A stretch of 64,000 bases of DNA, from NCBI GenBank assembly GCA_000182565.2, contig KQ257453.1. The stretch is one strand, 5' to 3'. This document shows positions 12,323-26,058 of this stretch, in pieces (position 1 is the stretch's first letter; each line of letters opens with the position of its first letter). The notes under the pieces are model-generated. The model did no database searches. It was not told the origin of the DNA and saw only the letters and a list, made by a program, of their open reading frames with translations. The translations under genes were made by a program, and so were the position numbers. Source of the DNA: Spizellomyces punctatus DAOM BR117 (Eukaryota).

Positions 12323-12612
12323 CACGTGCTATTGAAGAAGCCCTTGAAGCCCAACACAATCAACACGTTGAGGCTTGTCTTTTAATCCCTCCGATCGCCC
12401 ACACACGTGCATTCGTTATACTCATAAAGTTTCAAGATGCGCAAAAAAAAATTCATCCGTCAAAATCCTTAATTGTAAAAAACTCTGTAACCTTATTGTG
12501 GAGGGGTTCTAACAGGCACGTGCAAATATTTTAGCCAATCACGTACTTGAGAATGCAAACGTGCATTGTATGTGATTACATAAAATGTCTATAAAAGGCA
12601 AAATTGCACGAG
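12323..12612 (+). promoter_or_regulatory. Cluster of Pho4-type E-boxes (CACGTG/CACGTT)
   Basis: CACGTG at 12323, 12404 and 12517; CACGTT at 12364 and on the minus strand at 12558; lies upstream of the phosphate transporter. Confidence 0.65.
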
Positions 12613-12826
12613 TGTCGCCCAAGTTAATCCTCAACCGCTTCTCGCACCCTCGTAAATCGGCGGGGTTAGCGCCTTGGAAAAAAAAAAATGGAAAAGAGAA
12701 ACGGGAAGGAACGGGCGGGGCGAGGGGAACATAAAAAGGAAGGGTGAGCGTTGGGTTCCCCCTCCACAGCGAGCTGCTATCTTCAAACATTCCAAAAGGC
12801 CAAACGTTTAGAGCAATCGTGCAGAA

Positions 12827-14511
12827 ATGGACGTTCATCAGTTTACCTACCTTTTTGTCCTTGGTCTGATTTTGGCCTTTTTGGATGCCTTTGGCATTGG
12901 TAGGTGTTCTCTGCATCTTTTGTTCTAGCTTTACAAGACGCTTATTTGTTTTTCTCTTTGTTAGGTGCTAACGATGTTGCCAACTCGTTTGCTACCTCTG
13001 TCGGTTCCCGGTCCATTAGTTTGAAGCAGGCATGCATCATCGCCATCTTCACCGAGTTTGGAGGTGCTGTTCTCATGGGTGCCTCCACCACCGACACCAT
13101 CAAGAACGGTATCATTGACCTAAAGAACTTTAAGGGCAACCCAGAATTGCTCATGCTCGGTTTCGTTTGCGCTTTGGCCGGATCTGCTACCTGGGTCTTG
13201 CTTGCGTCCCGAATGGGATGGCCCGTGTCAACAACTCACTCTATTGTCGGTGCCATTTGCGGTGTCGGTATCGCTGGTTTTGGTGGAGACGCTGTTCTTT
13301 GGGGTTGGGACGGTATGGGCAAGATTATCGCCTCGTGGTTCATTTCCCCTGTCGTGGCCGGGGTTGTGGCTTCCATCATCTTCCTGATCACAAAGTATGG
13401 TGTCATGCGAAGCCCCAACTCGCTGAACCGCGGTCTGAACGCCATCCCCATCTACTTTGGTATCACCATTACAATTTCCGCGCTCTACGTCGTCCTCAAG
13501 GGTGGAAAGGCTGTCAAGATCAACTCTGACAATGTTGGCGTGGTCCTTGGTGCTACCTTTGGTGCTGGTGCCGTTGTCGCCTTGTTTTGCTTCTTCTTTA
13601 TCCGCGTCTGGCTTAAACGCAAGCTTGTCAACGAGGAGAAGCTCGCTTGGTACCAAGTCTTTTACATTCCTTTTGTTGGCCCTCAGCCTCGCGACGAGCA
13701 CATTGCCGACCGCCTCACCAGGACCTTTGGTGACCACTCTGTCCCTGCCAAGAGCGACGTGGAAAATGGTCAAGTTGGCGTTGCAAAGGGAGAGGAGGTT
13801 GCGATTGTCGAACACGACCCTACTGTCACCGCTCACCCGTCTCTTGTAAACCTCGACAAGGAGACCTCCGCCACCGGAAAGGCCTGGAACAAAATCAAGG
13901 GTGCTCTTACCAAGGGTGTTAACATGGACGTTGCCTCTGTGCAATCCAGCCACGTCAAGGAGGTGCACTCCCACGCTGTAAAGTACGACTCAAAGACAGA
14001 GTACCTCTACTCCTTCCTTCAAGTCATTACCGCATCCTTTGCCTCCTTCGCCCACGGTTCCAACGATGTTGCCAACGCTGTCGGTCCTCTTGCTGCCATT
14101 TACCACATCTGGAGCACCGCTCAGCTTCCCGGAAAGAAGTCTGACGTGCCCATTTGGATTCTCGCCTATGGTGGTGTCGCCATTGATATTGGTTTGACCT
14201 TGTACGGTTACAATGTCATGAAGAACTTGGGTAACAACATCACCTACCACTCTCCCTCCCGCGGTTTCTCCATGGAACTTGGTGCCGCCTTGACCGTCAT
14301 CACTGCCAGTTTCATTGGTCTCCCCGTCTCCACAACTCACTGCATTACTGGAGCCACCGCCATGGTTGGTCTCTGCTCTGGATCATGGCGGGCATTGAAC
14401 TGGAAGGTCCTTGCCTGGTGCCTTTTCTCTTGGATCTTGACCGTTCCCGTAGCCGGGCTCATTGGTGGATTGTTGTTCGCCATCATTGCCAACGCACCCA
14501 AATTTTTGTAA
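12827..14511 (+). CDS. PHO89: PiT-family Na+/phosphate symporter (Pho89/PHO-4-like)
   Basis: Exon 1 12827-12899 (MDVHQFTYLF..AFGI), intron 12900-12964; signature motifs GANDVANSF and HGSNDVANA, PVSTTH twice; strong codon bias. Confidence 0.93.
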
Positions 14512-15263
14512 GATAGAAGAAATTCGAATTTTGGGGGACAGATGGAAAGGGCGCAGGACACCTTTAGCAAGTCTTGGCATTGAGCATTTTTTCACTTAGA
14601 CCTTTTTTCTTTTTGTAACATATGATGATCTAATAGTCAATACAAGATTTGATTCTATGCTGTTCTCTCATCATTTTGCTACGAATCATTGAGTTGAATG
14701 GAAAAGTGCCGTATGTAAATGGCGTAAGGTTCCGCCGTCGCACCTACTCTGGTTGCAGTTTGTGAGGCAATGTGCAGCGAGGGTTTTCCATGTACATTCC
14801 ATACACGTTCAGAATGTTCACGACGGTCAAAACAGAGCGTTGCCGTGATGCAAGTCGTCGTATCCAGGTGGTAGCAGCGGCTGGCATGTGCATTTTGCAT
14901 CTCGGGCTTTTCGATGTCTGATTACATAAGCAGCTCGCACAAGAATCTCCGACAAGAGTTGGCCAGCACGGCCATGCAAGCGGAGCATGCATTGTGCACA
15001 AGGCAACCTTTGAAATGCATACACACATGGGCCAGGCAAATCTCCATCGGAGCAGCCGAAAGCTGTTCTATGACGCGGCCCGATCCTTGAATATGGAATT
15101 TAGAATGTTTATTGTGAAGCGATGTAGAGTTGGCCCACGTCGAGCAGAAATGATCCCAGTCCGATAATAACAAGTAGGGTGACTGCCGAGCCACGGGATT
15201 TTTGTGTTTTTTTAAAACACTGTTGTGTAGTGACTTGTAGGTTCTACTTTGCAGTCTACGAAT

Positions 15264-17068
15264 ATGGAGGATCCAAAAAAAGTATGCTTTACTCATTGAT
15301 CTACTTGGTCCTTTACCTTTGCACTAACTGTTTCCATCTAGCAACCACGTTCCTCATCCGTTCTCTTCCCACCATCCATCCCACCACCCCCGTCGCATGC
15401 CCCACCCCTCCCCCCATACCCCAGATCCTCTGCCAACATCTCGAGCCCAGAAATGCACATTACACCCTCTCAGAATGACGTCTCAGAAGGTCAAGACGCA
15501 TCTACCCCTTCTCCAATTCATCGTGCACTGTCTGTGACGTCCAATGCGACTTTACGCCGTCTGGATCCCGATGACCCTATTGTGGTTTTGAGGAATATAC
15601 ACAAGACGTACTTGTTGGGGTTGGAAGGAGTCGCAGCGTTAAGGTTTTGGTTCATGTTGCTGTTTTTCCTGTACCGTATGCAGCAATTGCTGATCTTTTG
15701 TCACCAGAGGTGTGTCATTGAAAATCCAACGAGGGGAATGGGTGGCGGTCTATGGCACATCAGGGGGAGGCAAGACTTCCTTGTTGAATATTGTTGGGAC
15801 GATTGATAAGCCGACAAAAGGGGATTTGACTATATGTAATACAGGTGAGAAATGTCGGTAGTTCTGGGACCATTCATAGAGATGTTGGCTAAAAAGTTTG
15901 TGTTGGTCCTAGTTATCACCCCAAATACTAAAGATGAGGTTTTGGCGGAACTCCGACTCAACAAGCTGTTAGTGTTTCTGCAACGAGCGCGATGTGATGG
16001 AGCGAAAATACTAAAAGATTTTCCTTTGTTTGCTATTTAGAGGCTTTGTCTTTCAAACCTTTAATCTCATCTCCTCTATGACGGCTTTGGAAAATGTGGA
16101 GTTGCCCATGGTTCTCAAGGGCACTTTGACGGCTTCGGAGCGAAGGGCCAGAGCTGTGGGTGTGTACCTAAAAAAACATGGTGTTCTCCACTCGCAAAAT
16201 ACTAAAACCAATCTATTTGCCAACAGCTAGTCTTGAAAAAGTTGGCCTTTCCCACCGACTCCACCACTTTCCGGCCAAACTTTCGGGGGGTGAACAACAG
16301 CGGGTTACCATCGCCCGAGCAATAGCCAATCTCCCTGAAGTCCTCTTACTCGATGAACCAACGTGAGTGTGCGTCCCGATTTGTGCCTTACTCCTACCAT
16401 AGTACTTAAATCCTTCCAGAGGCGACCTAGATACATCCAACACCCATCGCATTATCGACCTCCTCCATCGTCTGAACAGCGAAGAAGACGTGACACTCAT
16501 TATGGTCACTCATGATGTATACCTCAAGAACTTTGCGCATAGAGTCATTTATATGCGCGACGGAAAGATTCAGCGCGTAGAAATGGTTCGGACTGCCAGA
16601 AGGGCAGAGGCGTTGGACGATTTGAGGCGTCGAATGGAAGAGGTATGTATCATTTGTGTTGGGTTGAATGTGTGCAAAAGTACTGACAAACCGATAGGAT
16701 AAACGACCTACGATGTCGAGTGACCCATCAAGCAGTCATTCACCAACGGGGGGACACATTGGTCAGTTACCTGGGGAAGCAGTACATCGTCCAGGACGTT
16801 TTGTGTCTTGCGCAACCGAGATTCGAGAACCGGGAGATTATGCCACGTACTCACCTGCATGTGGTATGAGGAACCTTATAGGCCATTCCTTTATGTTTTA
16901 TCGAGATACTGAATTCTGAATATGGTAGGTATACCCTCTGTTGTCCCTGATGCACAACACCCGCAACCCGCACAGCGGCCCTCAGAAAAGAAGCTGGAGC
17001 AACCGGCAGACAGATTTGGTGGGAGGCAAGTGTTGAGGAGTGTAGAGGATATCGATCATATTGTATAG
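15264..17068 (+). CDS. Stand-alone ABC ATPase of LolD/MacB/FtsE type (ABCH-like of protists)
   Basis: About 9 exons; Walker [19 protein letters not shown], signature LSGGEQQRV, Walker B LLLDEPT-GDLD, H-loop VTHD; no transmembrane domain. Confidence 0.9.
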
Positions 17069-17776
17069 AATGCAAGGTTTTTATGCTTGTAATTCGGTTT
17101 TTTGTACAGTTTTTTTGTGAATGTTATGCATATAATGGCTAGTATACTAGACATGCGAGCAAATCAGTAGACTTGTGCTGCTTTTTCGACTTGGCAGAAC
17201 CGGGGAAAAGGAGGTTATAGTGCCAATGATGTGAGATGTTACAATATACTGCATTCCTACAATGTCTAGCACGAAAAAAGAGCCTTTACCATTACTGTTT
17301 GTTGCCAACTTTTGCAAGTGTTCCAACTCGCAAGCAAACGTCGGCATCTGTTCGCTGATGCAAAGGTGCTGCTGGAGAATATGTCCCCAATCCTCAGGTT
17401 CCTCCTTTCGAGCATACTACTGTGCAATTGTCTAATTACTTTTCAAAAATGTTTATGCCTGGCAGTCTGAATCCACCGCAGCTGCCTGCCTTGAGAGCTA
17501 TGCTTTCTTCAATAATATATATTCAATGAGAAAATTCGACCAGAAGCGACACCCATGGGCATACGACTTTATCATATGTGTGTGCATCCGGAAAATCAAT
17601 CTATCGATATTTAACTCTCTGCTGTACGATTGTTTACCGAATGCACAAAGCTCGCCGGCAACCCAATGCAAACTACGATCCCAGCAAGAGCGCTATCTAG
17701 GCTCACATCCTAAACCCTGATCATGATTCTTTTCCAACTCTACATTGTGGGCAACCCTCTTGCGAATATCTCTCTT

Positions 17777-18596
17777 TTATCGTGCCGCGTTCATCTGCAG
17801 ACTTTGAACATGCGGGGAATCCACACTCGTATTTCTTCTGCACATGATCTCTTCAACAGTAATACCCAACTCGGTGATAGACCATATCTCCACCGAACAA
17901 TTCAAAGCCCTCAAGTAGGCATCCATGGCCGTATATGTCGTCAGAACACTGAGTAATTTGAAAACGCATTCGGCTATTTTTGTTCCAAAGCTCATCAATA
18001 TTATAAACGATTGGGTATGGCTTGCCTCCAGATGTGTTTCCTTTAAAAGAGCGCGCTGCGAATTCCGGATCTTCCAAAGGAGCCATATATCGACAGTGGA
18101 AACCATCACAAGATAAAAAAAGAGTCCAACAGTCGCAGAGGTTTTGCCGACTCCATTATGGTAGTAATTTGTAGCAAAGCTCCAAAAGTTATTGATGTCG
18201 GTCACCGCAATAGATGCGTAAATCATGATATGGTCGACAAAAAAGAAGGCAGCAATGGCCCCTGAAAACACCTTGACACAATTCGTTTGCCACGGACGTC
18301 GGTTGGGCATCAGGGAAAGCAACCGTAACGCCATAAAGTAGGTAAAAAAATACTGCATAATATCACTAAAGTTGCTTGCGAGAAAGGCGATCACCGTGGT
18401 GTGTCGTCCGAGTGTACCGTTGAGGGCATCGGTGGCGATACTGCACATGAAAATGTCTAATGCGAGGGCTAGGAAAATCGGTACCAGCTGAATGAGAACT
18501 TTTTTGTTTTTCTTATATCGTCGTGACCAGTTTACTAGTGCGGATATTGTAAACGCAGCACCCATCCCGGATATAAAGATTCCATCTTGTCGTTGG
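17777..18596 (-). CDS. Seven-transmembrane, GPCR-like membrane protein; N-terminus lies in the assembly gap
   Basis: Seven hydrophobic stretches by eye; TM3 ends MALRLLSL; frame is open up to the N-run; probable ATG at the far gap edge (about 18717). Confidence 0.6.
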
Positions 18597-18715
18597 NNNN
18601 NNNNNNNNNNNNNNNNNNNNNNNNNNNNNNNNNNNNNNNNNNNNNNNNNNNNNNNNNNNNNNNNNNNNNNNNNNNNNNNNNNNNNNNNNNNNNNNNNNNN
18701 NNNNNNNNNNNNNNN
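18597..18715. other. Assembly gap (119 N)
   Basis: Run of n characters. Confidence 1.
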
Positions 18716-20222
18716 ATGATTATGTTGAGGTTGCTGTTTTTAACCAGCGGAGGAGGTTTTAACACTTGACTTTTATTCAGCTTCAACTTGGGACATTTCC
18801 CACAGTATTCTATGAACTCTTGTAGGGGTAACCTCCATTTGTTCTGTTTCGGAGGGGGGGTTGCTGACCGTCCACCGAACAACTCTTTTGTGTATTTCAC
18901 GCGCTCACTAGGACAAGTCTACACATTTATTGTGTCCATTTCCACCAAAACAACCTAGGGGGGCAAACTAGTTTTGCGACTTTCAAACTACAAGCAGTTT
19001 TGGCAACGGAAAATCGTTTGCGCTCTTGAAAGGACCGGGGCAGCGCATCTGGAAGGGAAACGCGAACACAGATGTTTCTGTGCGTTGTAATCTGGCGCTG
19101 ATGCGAGCAGAGTAGTTGCCCCCCCATCTATAGGTGTTGAGCCCAAGATACACACAGCAAAGTAAGCATATTCTTGTTTCTCGTCAACAAAGAACTGTTT
19201 GATCGGCGTACTTTTCAGGCAAGTTTATTGTACTCTGCCGATCCCACTTGCGACTCAGCGGTATCACTATCGATATGCAGTCAATATTCCATGTAATATT
19301 TCATAACATCCTTCCATCATGTTGGTACATGTCATTTTGGCGAGATAGATAATCGCAGGATCTGCGATTGTGTACCATTATGTTTCGTAATTCCAAAGTT
19401 TGGAGCTCGGTAACTGTTCAGCTGCAACCGATGCGTAGAAAGTATGTCCCTCCTGACAATAGAGTTTCGTCACTCATGGCGCCAAAAGGCGAATAAAAAC
19501 AATATTAATATGTTAACTGTTATGAATTTTGATATTATATGGATCCTGAAGGAGTGTTCCAATGATTTGCTCCATCGACAAGATACCCAAGTCTGTTTCC
19601 ATAGATGAAGGGCAAGTGGTCCCGATGTGTTCGCCCGCGTTCTGCTCTTGTGCAGCTGCAGTCTGAGTATAGGATCATCCGTATGTGGGCACCGTCATAG
19701 TCACCTCTCATAGAGCCAAGCGCCCGCCACAAACCGGACTGGACAGGTTGGATTTTGCAATGATCCTGGGCATGTTGAAGGCACATCTGATTATTTATGA
19801 AGCATCTTTCCGCACCTATTTAGTACCAAATTCCGCGGGTTCTGCCCTGACTGGCATTGGGGTAAACGGATATGTGATGGGCCCTTGCGGGGAGCTGCAT
19901 GTTCTGTGCTAGTTATTATCCTGTAAATTTAAAAGAGTTTGCCGGATTTCGGTACAGGATGAAATGGCTGGTTATCAAGTGGACAGTCCTCTGGCGCATT
20001 CAGGTAGTTCGACAGTCGGTATCGCTACCCAAACAAAGTCGACGGCCAACATGCGGGAAGGGAAATTAATATAAACTAAAGTGTGCATCGACCGGTACAT
20101 CATGCTACGAACGACGATCGCTATGGTTTCCGCAGCTCAAGTTGCATATATGTAGTGTATGTCAGCTCACAAGGTGTGCGAGTTACTATTATGGTTGGAA
20201 CTATGTTGCCGACATTCTATGT

Positions 20223-20928
20223 CTAATTCGCTGCACTACGAACGACGAGTTCACGTACCTCCGCCGTCTGAAGAAGAGCTAACGATCTGTGTTGCCATGC
20301 TTCGAGACCTTCGAATGCGGTTTGCAGGATCTGGTAAGATTAGAGCAGATAATGTAAGTATTGGAGGAAAACAGGCCACTTCCACCATCGACAGAGGAGA
20401 CTGTTTCTGGCCAATACATAATACCTGCAATGTATCACCGTGCCCAACCAAGATCACAACTTCAGTTTCTCCATGCTCTTCCAGCTGTTTGATAACCGTC
20501 ATTCCACGATCTCTAACATGTGCCGTATCCTCTACTCCAGGGCCGAGTTGCGCCTTGGGTCCTTTTGCATCCTCTTCCCAAACCACACGATAACAAGTAT
20601 CCGCTTGCCCTTCGAATTCTCCAAACCGTCGTTCACGAAGCAAAGGCGTTGGGTGAATAGTTGCATCAGGGAATTTGGAAGCAATAACAGCTGCTGTTTG
20701 AAGGGTGCGAAGAAAATCTGATGTGTGGATTTGGACTTTGCTGGCAGATGGTAGGATTCTGCGGAGGTGATCTGCCGCTAGAACGGCTTGCTTCTGTCCC
20801 TCCTCCGTCAGCCCATACCGTATACACCCGACCTCAGGATCAGATACTATGATTTTCTCCACATTGGCTTCCGACTGGCCATGTCGAACAGCAAAATACC
20901 GTCGGCGGAGGGGTTTAAAATGGGTCAT
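20223..20928 (-). CDS. Histidine phosphatase / phosphoglycerate mutase-like protein
   Basis: RHGQSEAN, SDFLRTLQTA, LRERRFGEFEG, VGHGDTLQ; one intron, then ILQTAF..LQTAEVREL. Confidence 0.88.
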
Positions 20929-21142
20929 GGTCACTGCAGGGCGACAAACGACCTTTCGCGTTGGTGAGTTGACTACAACCCAACGCATCACGTGATCATA
21001 TGCGTGAACTGGTCAATGTGTACGTTTTGTAGTTTTGGTTGACGATCTGCGGCAAACGACAGATGCCGGAAAGAGGACGCTCAAAACGTTGTTAACGACA
21101 AGGGGAATCTCATAGTTTTGCTCTCTAGGACTGTTCGTCAAC

Positions 21143-24100
21143 ATGCGAGCAGCGTGTGGGGTCTGGGTAGCATGGTTTTCGGTGTTATTGTTTGTATTGT
21201 TGGGGGACCATGCAAGTGTGAAAGGGATGACTGTGGAACGACGATTGGAACTAAGGTTGTTTTCGGAATTAGCTGCCATTGTTGCTGATTCAGTTATCTC
21301 AACGTGATATTCATTCATGTGCTTTGAATGCAGGAATAAAGTTAAAGAAATGTTTGACCATGGCTATCAGAATTACTTGAGGCATGCCTATCCGCTGGAC
21401 GAACTGAACCCTCTGGCCTGTAATGGTCGTACCAAGGATGACAATCCAGGAAATTGGTATGTGAATGTAGATTATATCAGACTCTCCTTTGGCTATAGAG
21501 ATATCTTACCGTGTATCTTTCATGCAGGAATGTGAACGATGTCTTGGGTAATTTTTCATTAACGCTCGTCGATTCCCTAGATGCCCATGCGGTAGGTTCG
21601 TGTTGAGAATGAGACATTTTTTTCTTTCGCTCATACATTGACCCTAGATAATGCGTGACCAACCCGAGTTTGAAAAGGCCGTGCGTCTTGTCATCGATCA
21701 TGTGCACTTTGAACAGGATTCCCGCGTCCAGGTTTTCGAAGTGACCATTCGCGTTCTCGGAGCGTTGCTTTCTGCGCATATCTTGGCGACGGAAGAGAAG
21801 TGGGGATCGCGTATTGCATGGTACAATGGGGAACTGTTGTTATTGGCCCAGGAGCTCGCCGATAGGTTGATGCCCGCGTTCAACACTCCAACAGGGATGC
21901 CATGGCCGCGGGTAGATGCTTGCATTTATCGAGTCTGTTTATGAGAAAAGCGCTGACGGTGGATGCTGTTTTAGGTTAATTTGAAATACGGTGTTTTATC
22001 TCATGAGACGGAAGTTACCTGTTCGGCAGGTGCTGGGACGTTAATTTTGGAGTTTGGAGTGCTCACCCGTCTGACAGGAAATGCTACTTATGAGGTATGT
22101 CCAGTACACTCTGTGTAGTAGTGAAACATTACCAATATGAGAAATTGGTCTAATTGCTTTGTGTAGGATGCTGCCAAAAAAGTATGTCTGTAATCGCGCG
22201 TCCTCTCCCATGTGGAATTCTGTATTTTTACCATCTGGATAGGCACTACTACGTGTGTGGGCACAACGATCTCCACTTGACCTCGTTGGCAATAGTCTGA
22301 GCGTTAAAGATGCCAAGGTGGTAGAAGCGTGAGACATGCCATATCACAGCAAGTATTGACTACTTGGACTGTTTCAGTGGTACAACACAGTGGCGGGAAT
22401 CGGTGCGGGCATCGATTCTTTCTATGAGGTTGATATATCTTGAAAAAACGACGCGTACATATTGAGCTAACACGCTGCATTTTACATAGTACCTCCTCAA
22501 AGCATACATTCTTTTTGGCGAATACGTCTATTTAGACATTTTCGATGCCGCTTACCGAGGCTTAATGAACGCTGTTAAAGACGAACGCGGATTAATTTAT
22601 CGGAACGTGGACATGTTCAGCGGAGCTTTGGCTGCGACTTGGGTTGACTCCTTGGCAGCCTTTTTTCCCGGTTTGCAGGTGAGAATGTGTCGCGAGTCTG
22701 CAAATATTGAAGAGGCTAGTCAACGCGGTTTGTTCTAGGTGTTGGCAGGAGACATTGAGAACGCTATAAAGTTACATCAAGTTTACTACACAATTTGGAG
22801 ACGGTACCGATCGCTACCGGAACGGTTTGATTTTCAAACCCGCGCTCCAGCGATCGCAATATATCCCTTGCGGCCTGAGTTGATTGAGTCAACTTACATG
22901 CTGTATCAGGTCAGTTATTGGATGGCTTCATAATGCTCTTGGCAGCAACTGATGCCACTTGCGCTGTTAGGCTACTAAGGATCCGTATTATTTGGAAGTT
23001 GGTGAACAGATAGTGATGGACTTGGAGGAATCAACCCGTGTCCAATGTGGATTTGCGGCTTTGGCCGATGTTGTGAAAGGGGAGCTTGATGATCGAATGG
23101 AGAGTTTCTTTTTGAGCGAGACATTGAAGTATCTTTATTTGTTGTTCGACGAAGGTGGGATCGGGCTTTGTGCGGGAAGTCTGCCAATGGACGAGGACTA
23201 ACCATGCATGTGGATTTTCGTAGATAATTTCGTTCATGTGAACGATGGCAACCACGTCTTTACGACTGGTATGTACCTGTGGAAATATTGCATTGTGGTC
23301 CTTGTTGCGTGTCGCATTTGTAACTCCTGTTCCACAATCAGAGGGACATTTCTTGTCTCTTTCTTACGATCTGCTAAAGCACGAGTCAGATACGCGGAGA
23401 CCAGACAACTCCACAAGACCCCCGAGACCATCTTCACAGCCCATGTGCGACCGCTATATGCCAATCCATAATTCAAATGCGACATCCTACTACCTCCCGG
23501 TGGAACATTCCCCGCCTCTTCCTCAGGACGAAATCATATTCATCAAGCACCTGATAGGAGGCACACAGGTCGGCGAAGACGGGCCAACGGATGCAGATGA
23601 ATACATAAAGAAACTGGTCAACTCACCAGACAATCCGCCGCCTTTGCAGATGCGGCCTTTCGAATTCAAGTACGGTCTCCGAGCAGTTTTGGACGCTTTT
23701 CTTGGGGTGGTGCTTCTTGGCGCCGTGATGTACTCTGGTCATCGGTAACATCCCCTCGTTTCCTTCTCTTTTGTGGTGCTTGTTAATCCAGGGTCGAACC
23801 TCATGATGGATCGGTCTATCAAAGTGCGAGGATCGTAAAGGTACCAGTTTACAGGTCGCGTGGTGCGTAACGTAGGCTGACATTTTAATGGACAACCTTC
23901 AGTCTGCCGACGGTTTTATTGCCGATCATTTTGCGGGCGTACAATTTCAAGTCGAGCGAGACCCAACTGGGGCAGGTTACAGAGTAACGAAGATGAACGG
24001 AAAGGACGTTCAACCTACGGATATCATCAAAGTCCCTCAAAAGGGTATCTCCTTTCTTACCAGCCCCGCGAAGGGCGACCCACTGCAGCCATCTCGATCA

Positions 24101-24844
24101 CCTGACAATGGTCTATCACATCAAGGTGCCCGACTCGAGGCGTATCTCCATGATGACAATGGGGAGATTCTGCAGCGTGATTTTATGTTGGCCATTGCGC
24201 AGTTTGGACCTCAAATGTTACCAAGCGAAGTTATAAATACTTCTCTTGTTGTTTTGGATGATGAGAGAGATGTCGAGTATGGGTGCCATCCATTTTCGCC
24301 TGAGGATCACCGTCTTATCCAAGGTCGACTACTGTTTGTTCGACGCGGGGGATGTCTCTTTGCGGAGAAGGCCATCTGGGCAGAACTAGCAGGAGCAATT
24401 GGCGTGGTGGTCATGAATCATGTAGAACCCTTCATATTCCCCATGGCAAGTGGTGCCGAGCAAGGTCTCGATGGACCTGGTCTATCGAATGGGGTGGACA
24501 CTATTAGCATACCAGCATATATGGTGAGTGGGAGAGATGGGGCTTTGTTGGTTCGTGAAGCTTCGAAGCACGGGCCAGTCAAGGTCCAATTACGGGCGCT
24601 GGATGGGATAGAAGCTCTCGGCGCGGTAGATTTGCAGATACAGTTTGCTGGACGACCGGTTTTAAATGTCATGGTTGTCCAAGAGGTTAGAGAGGGACAT
24701 ACGAGCAGAGAGATGAAGGGCCCGCCATGGCGCAGGTGGGGGACTAGAGGAAGTGGGCTCTTGGATCCCGGAAGTGGATTTGGGTGTTTGATGGGATGTG
24801 GCATAGCTGCTACGCAAACTTGTTGCAGTGACGTGCGCTTGTAG
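21143..24844 (+). CDS. ER degradation-enhancing alpha-1,2-mannosidase (GH47 plus PA domain; EDEM3/Mnl1-like)
   Basis: Signal peptide; [76 protein letters not shown] domain [10 protein letters not shown]; many introns. Confidence 0.92.
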
Positions 24845-24985
24845 GAGCGATAAAATCATAGATACACGATTCAAAGTCTGACAATTCTGATTCTATATAT
24901 CTTGGCGTAGTTGGAAGTTCTATCTGATTGAGCAGACAAATAATTACACTACCTCTACTATACCATCGACTATCTAAACCATATA

Positions 24986-26058
24986 TTAGTCTTCAAACTG
25001 AACCAACGAATACGTTGGAGCGTCTAGCTTTTCTGATCCCTTCAGAGCACTGAGTTCAACGAGGAAGATATACTTTACGGTCTTGCCCCCATGCTTGGCG
25101 ATAAGCTCACCAGCTGCCTTGGCGCTTCCACCAGTGGCTATGACAGAGAAGACGAAACATTAGTAAGTTGAGCACGGGCGTATCGGGCAGGGTATCAATA
25201 TTGGTTATTACCGATTAGATCATCGAGGACGATCACGTTTTGGCCGGTCTTGATGGCGTTGGCTTGCATTTCGAAGTAGTCCTATGTTGAGTTAAATTTC
25301 AGGCTTACTGGTTTCCTTTAGATATCACACTGAACAAGAACTAACCGTTCCGTATTCTTTTTCGTAAGCTACTTTAATGGTCTCGCCGGGAAGCTTACCA
25401 GCCTTTCTGACAGGAACGAAAGCGGCACCAAGGCGGTTGGCAATCCATGGACCTGGTGGCAGGGAATGAATGACCTCAGTCGGCTGCAGGCTATACGTGA
25501 TCAAGTTTGCATAGATGCTTACCTAGTAGGAATCCGCGAGCGTCTAGACCTATGAAATGAAAGAGGCATCTGTGTAAGGAAACCTACACATTGACGAAAT
25601 CTGTGGGATGTGTGTTGTGCGTACCAACAATTACGTCAATCTTTGGAAGACCAGTTGATAGAATGTGGTGGACAATATTGGTGACAATGGTCTTGAGTTG
25701 AAACATGGCATGAGTTGCATGTCCAGATATCTGCTATGTTTGTTTCAGAGCCGAGAATACAATACATACCTCGACAGCAAGTGGGTCTTGGAAAATAGGG
25801 AAGATATCTGTAGGTATAGAAAAGGATGACGGAGATAGCTTGGTCAGATCATAGTTCTTCACAGTCTGTAGATATCTGACAAGTGACTTTGGACCGAGAC
25901 TTACCTTGGAAGAGGATGCCCTAAAAGTTACCAACAGGACGAGAATTCAGGCGTTAGTAGTGAGTTCTGGGCACAAACAGCAACAGAATTCGACCAACCT
26001 TTTTGGGAAAATCGGGAATGGCTCTCAACAGCGACTTTATCCTTGCAATATCTGACAT
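24986..26058 (-). CDS. APT1: Adenine phosphoribosyltransferase
   Basis: 8 exons: [37 protein letters not shown]-binding VLDDLIATGGS; 16-nt micro-exon at 25905-25920. Confidence 0.95.

Noticed and set aside
13228-13974. 248-aa minus-strand ORF
   Set aside because: Antisense shadow caused by the codon bias of the phosphate transporter
18716-20200. Possible transposon or hidden gene next to the gap
   Set aside because: No terminal repeats, transposase or RT motifs, and no convincing ORF seen
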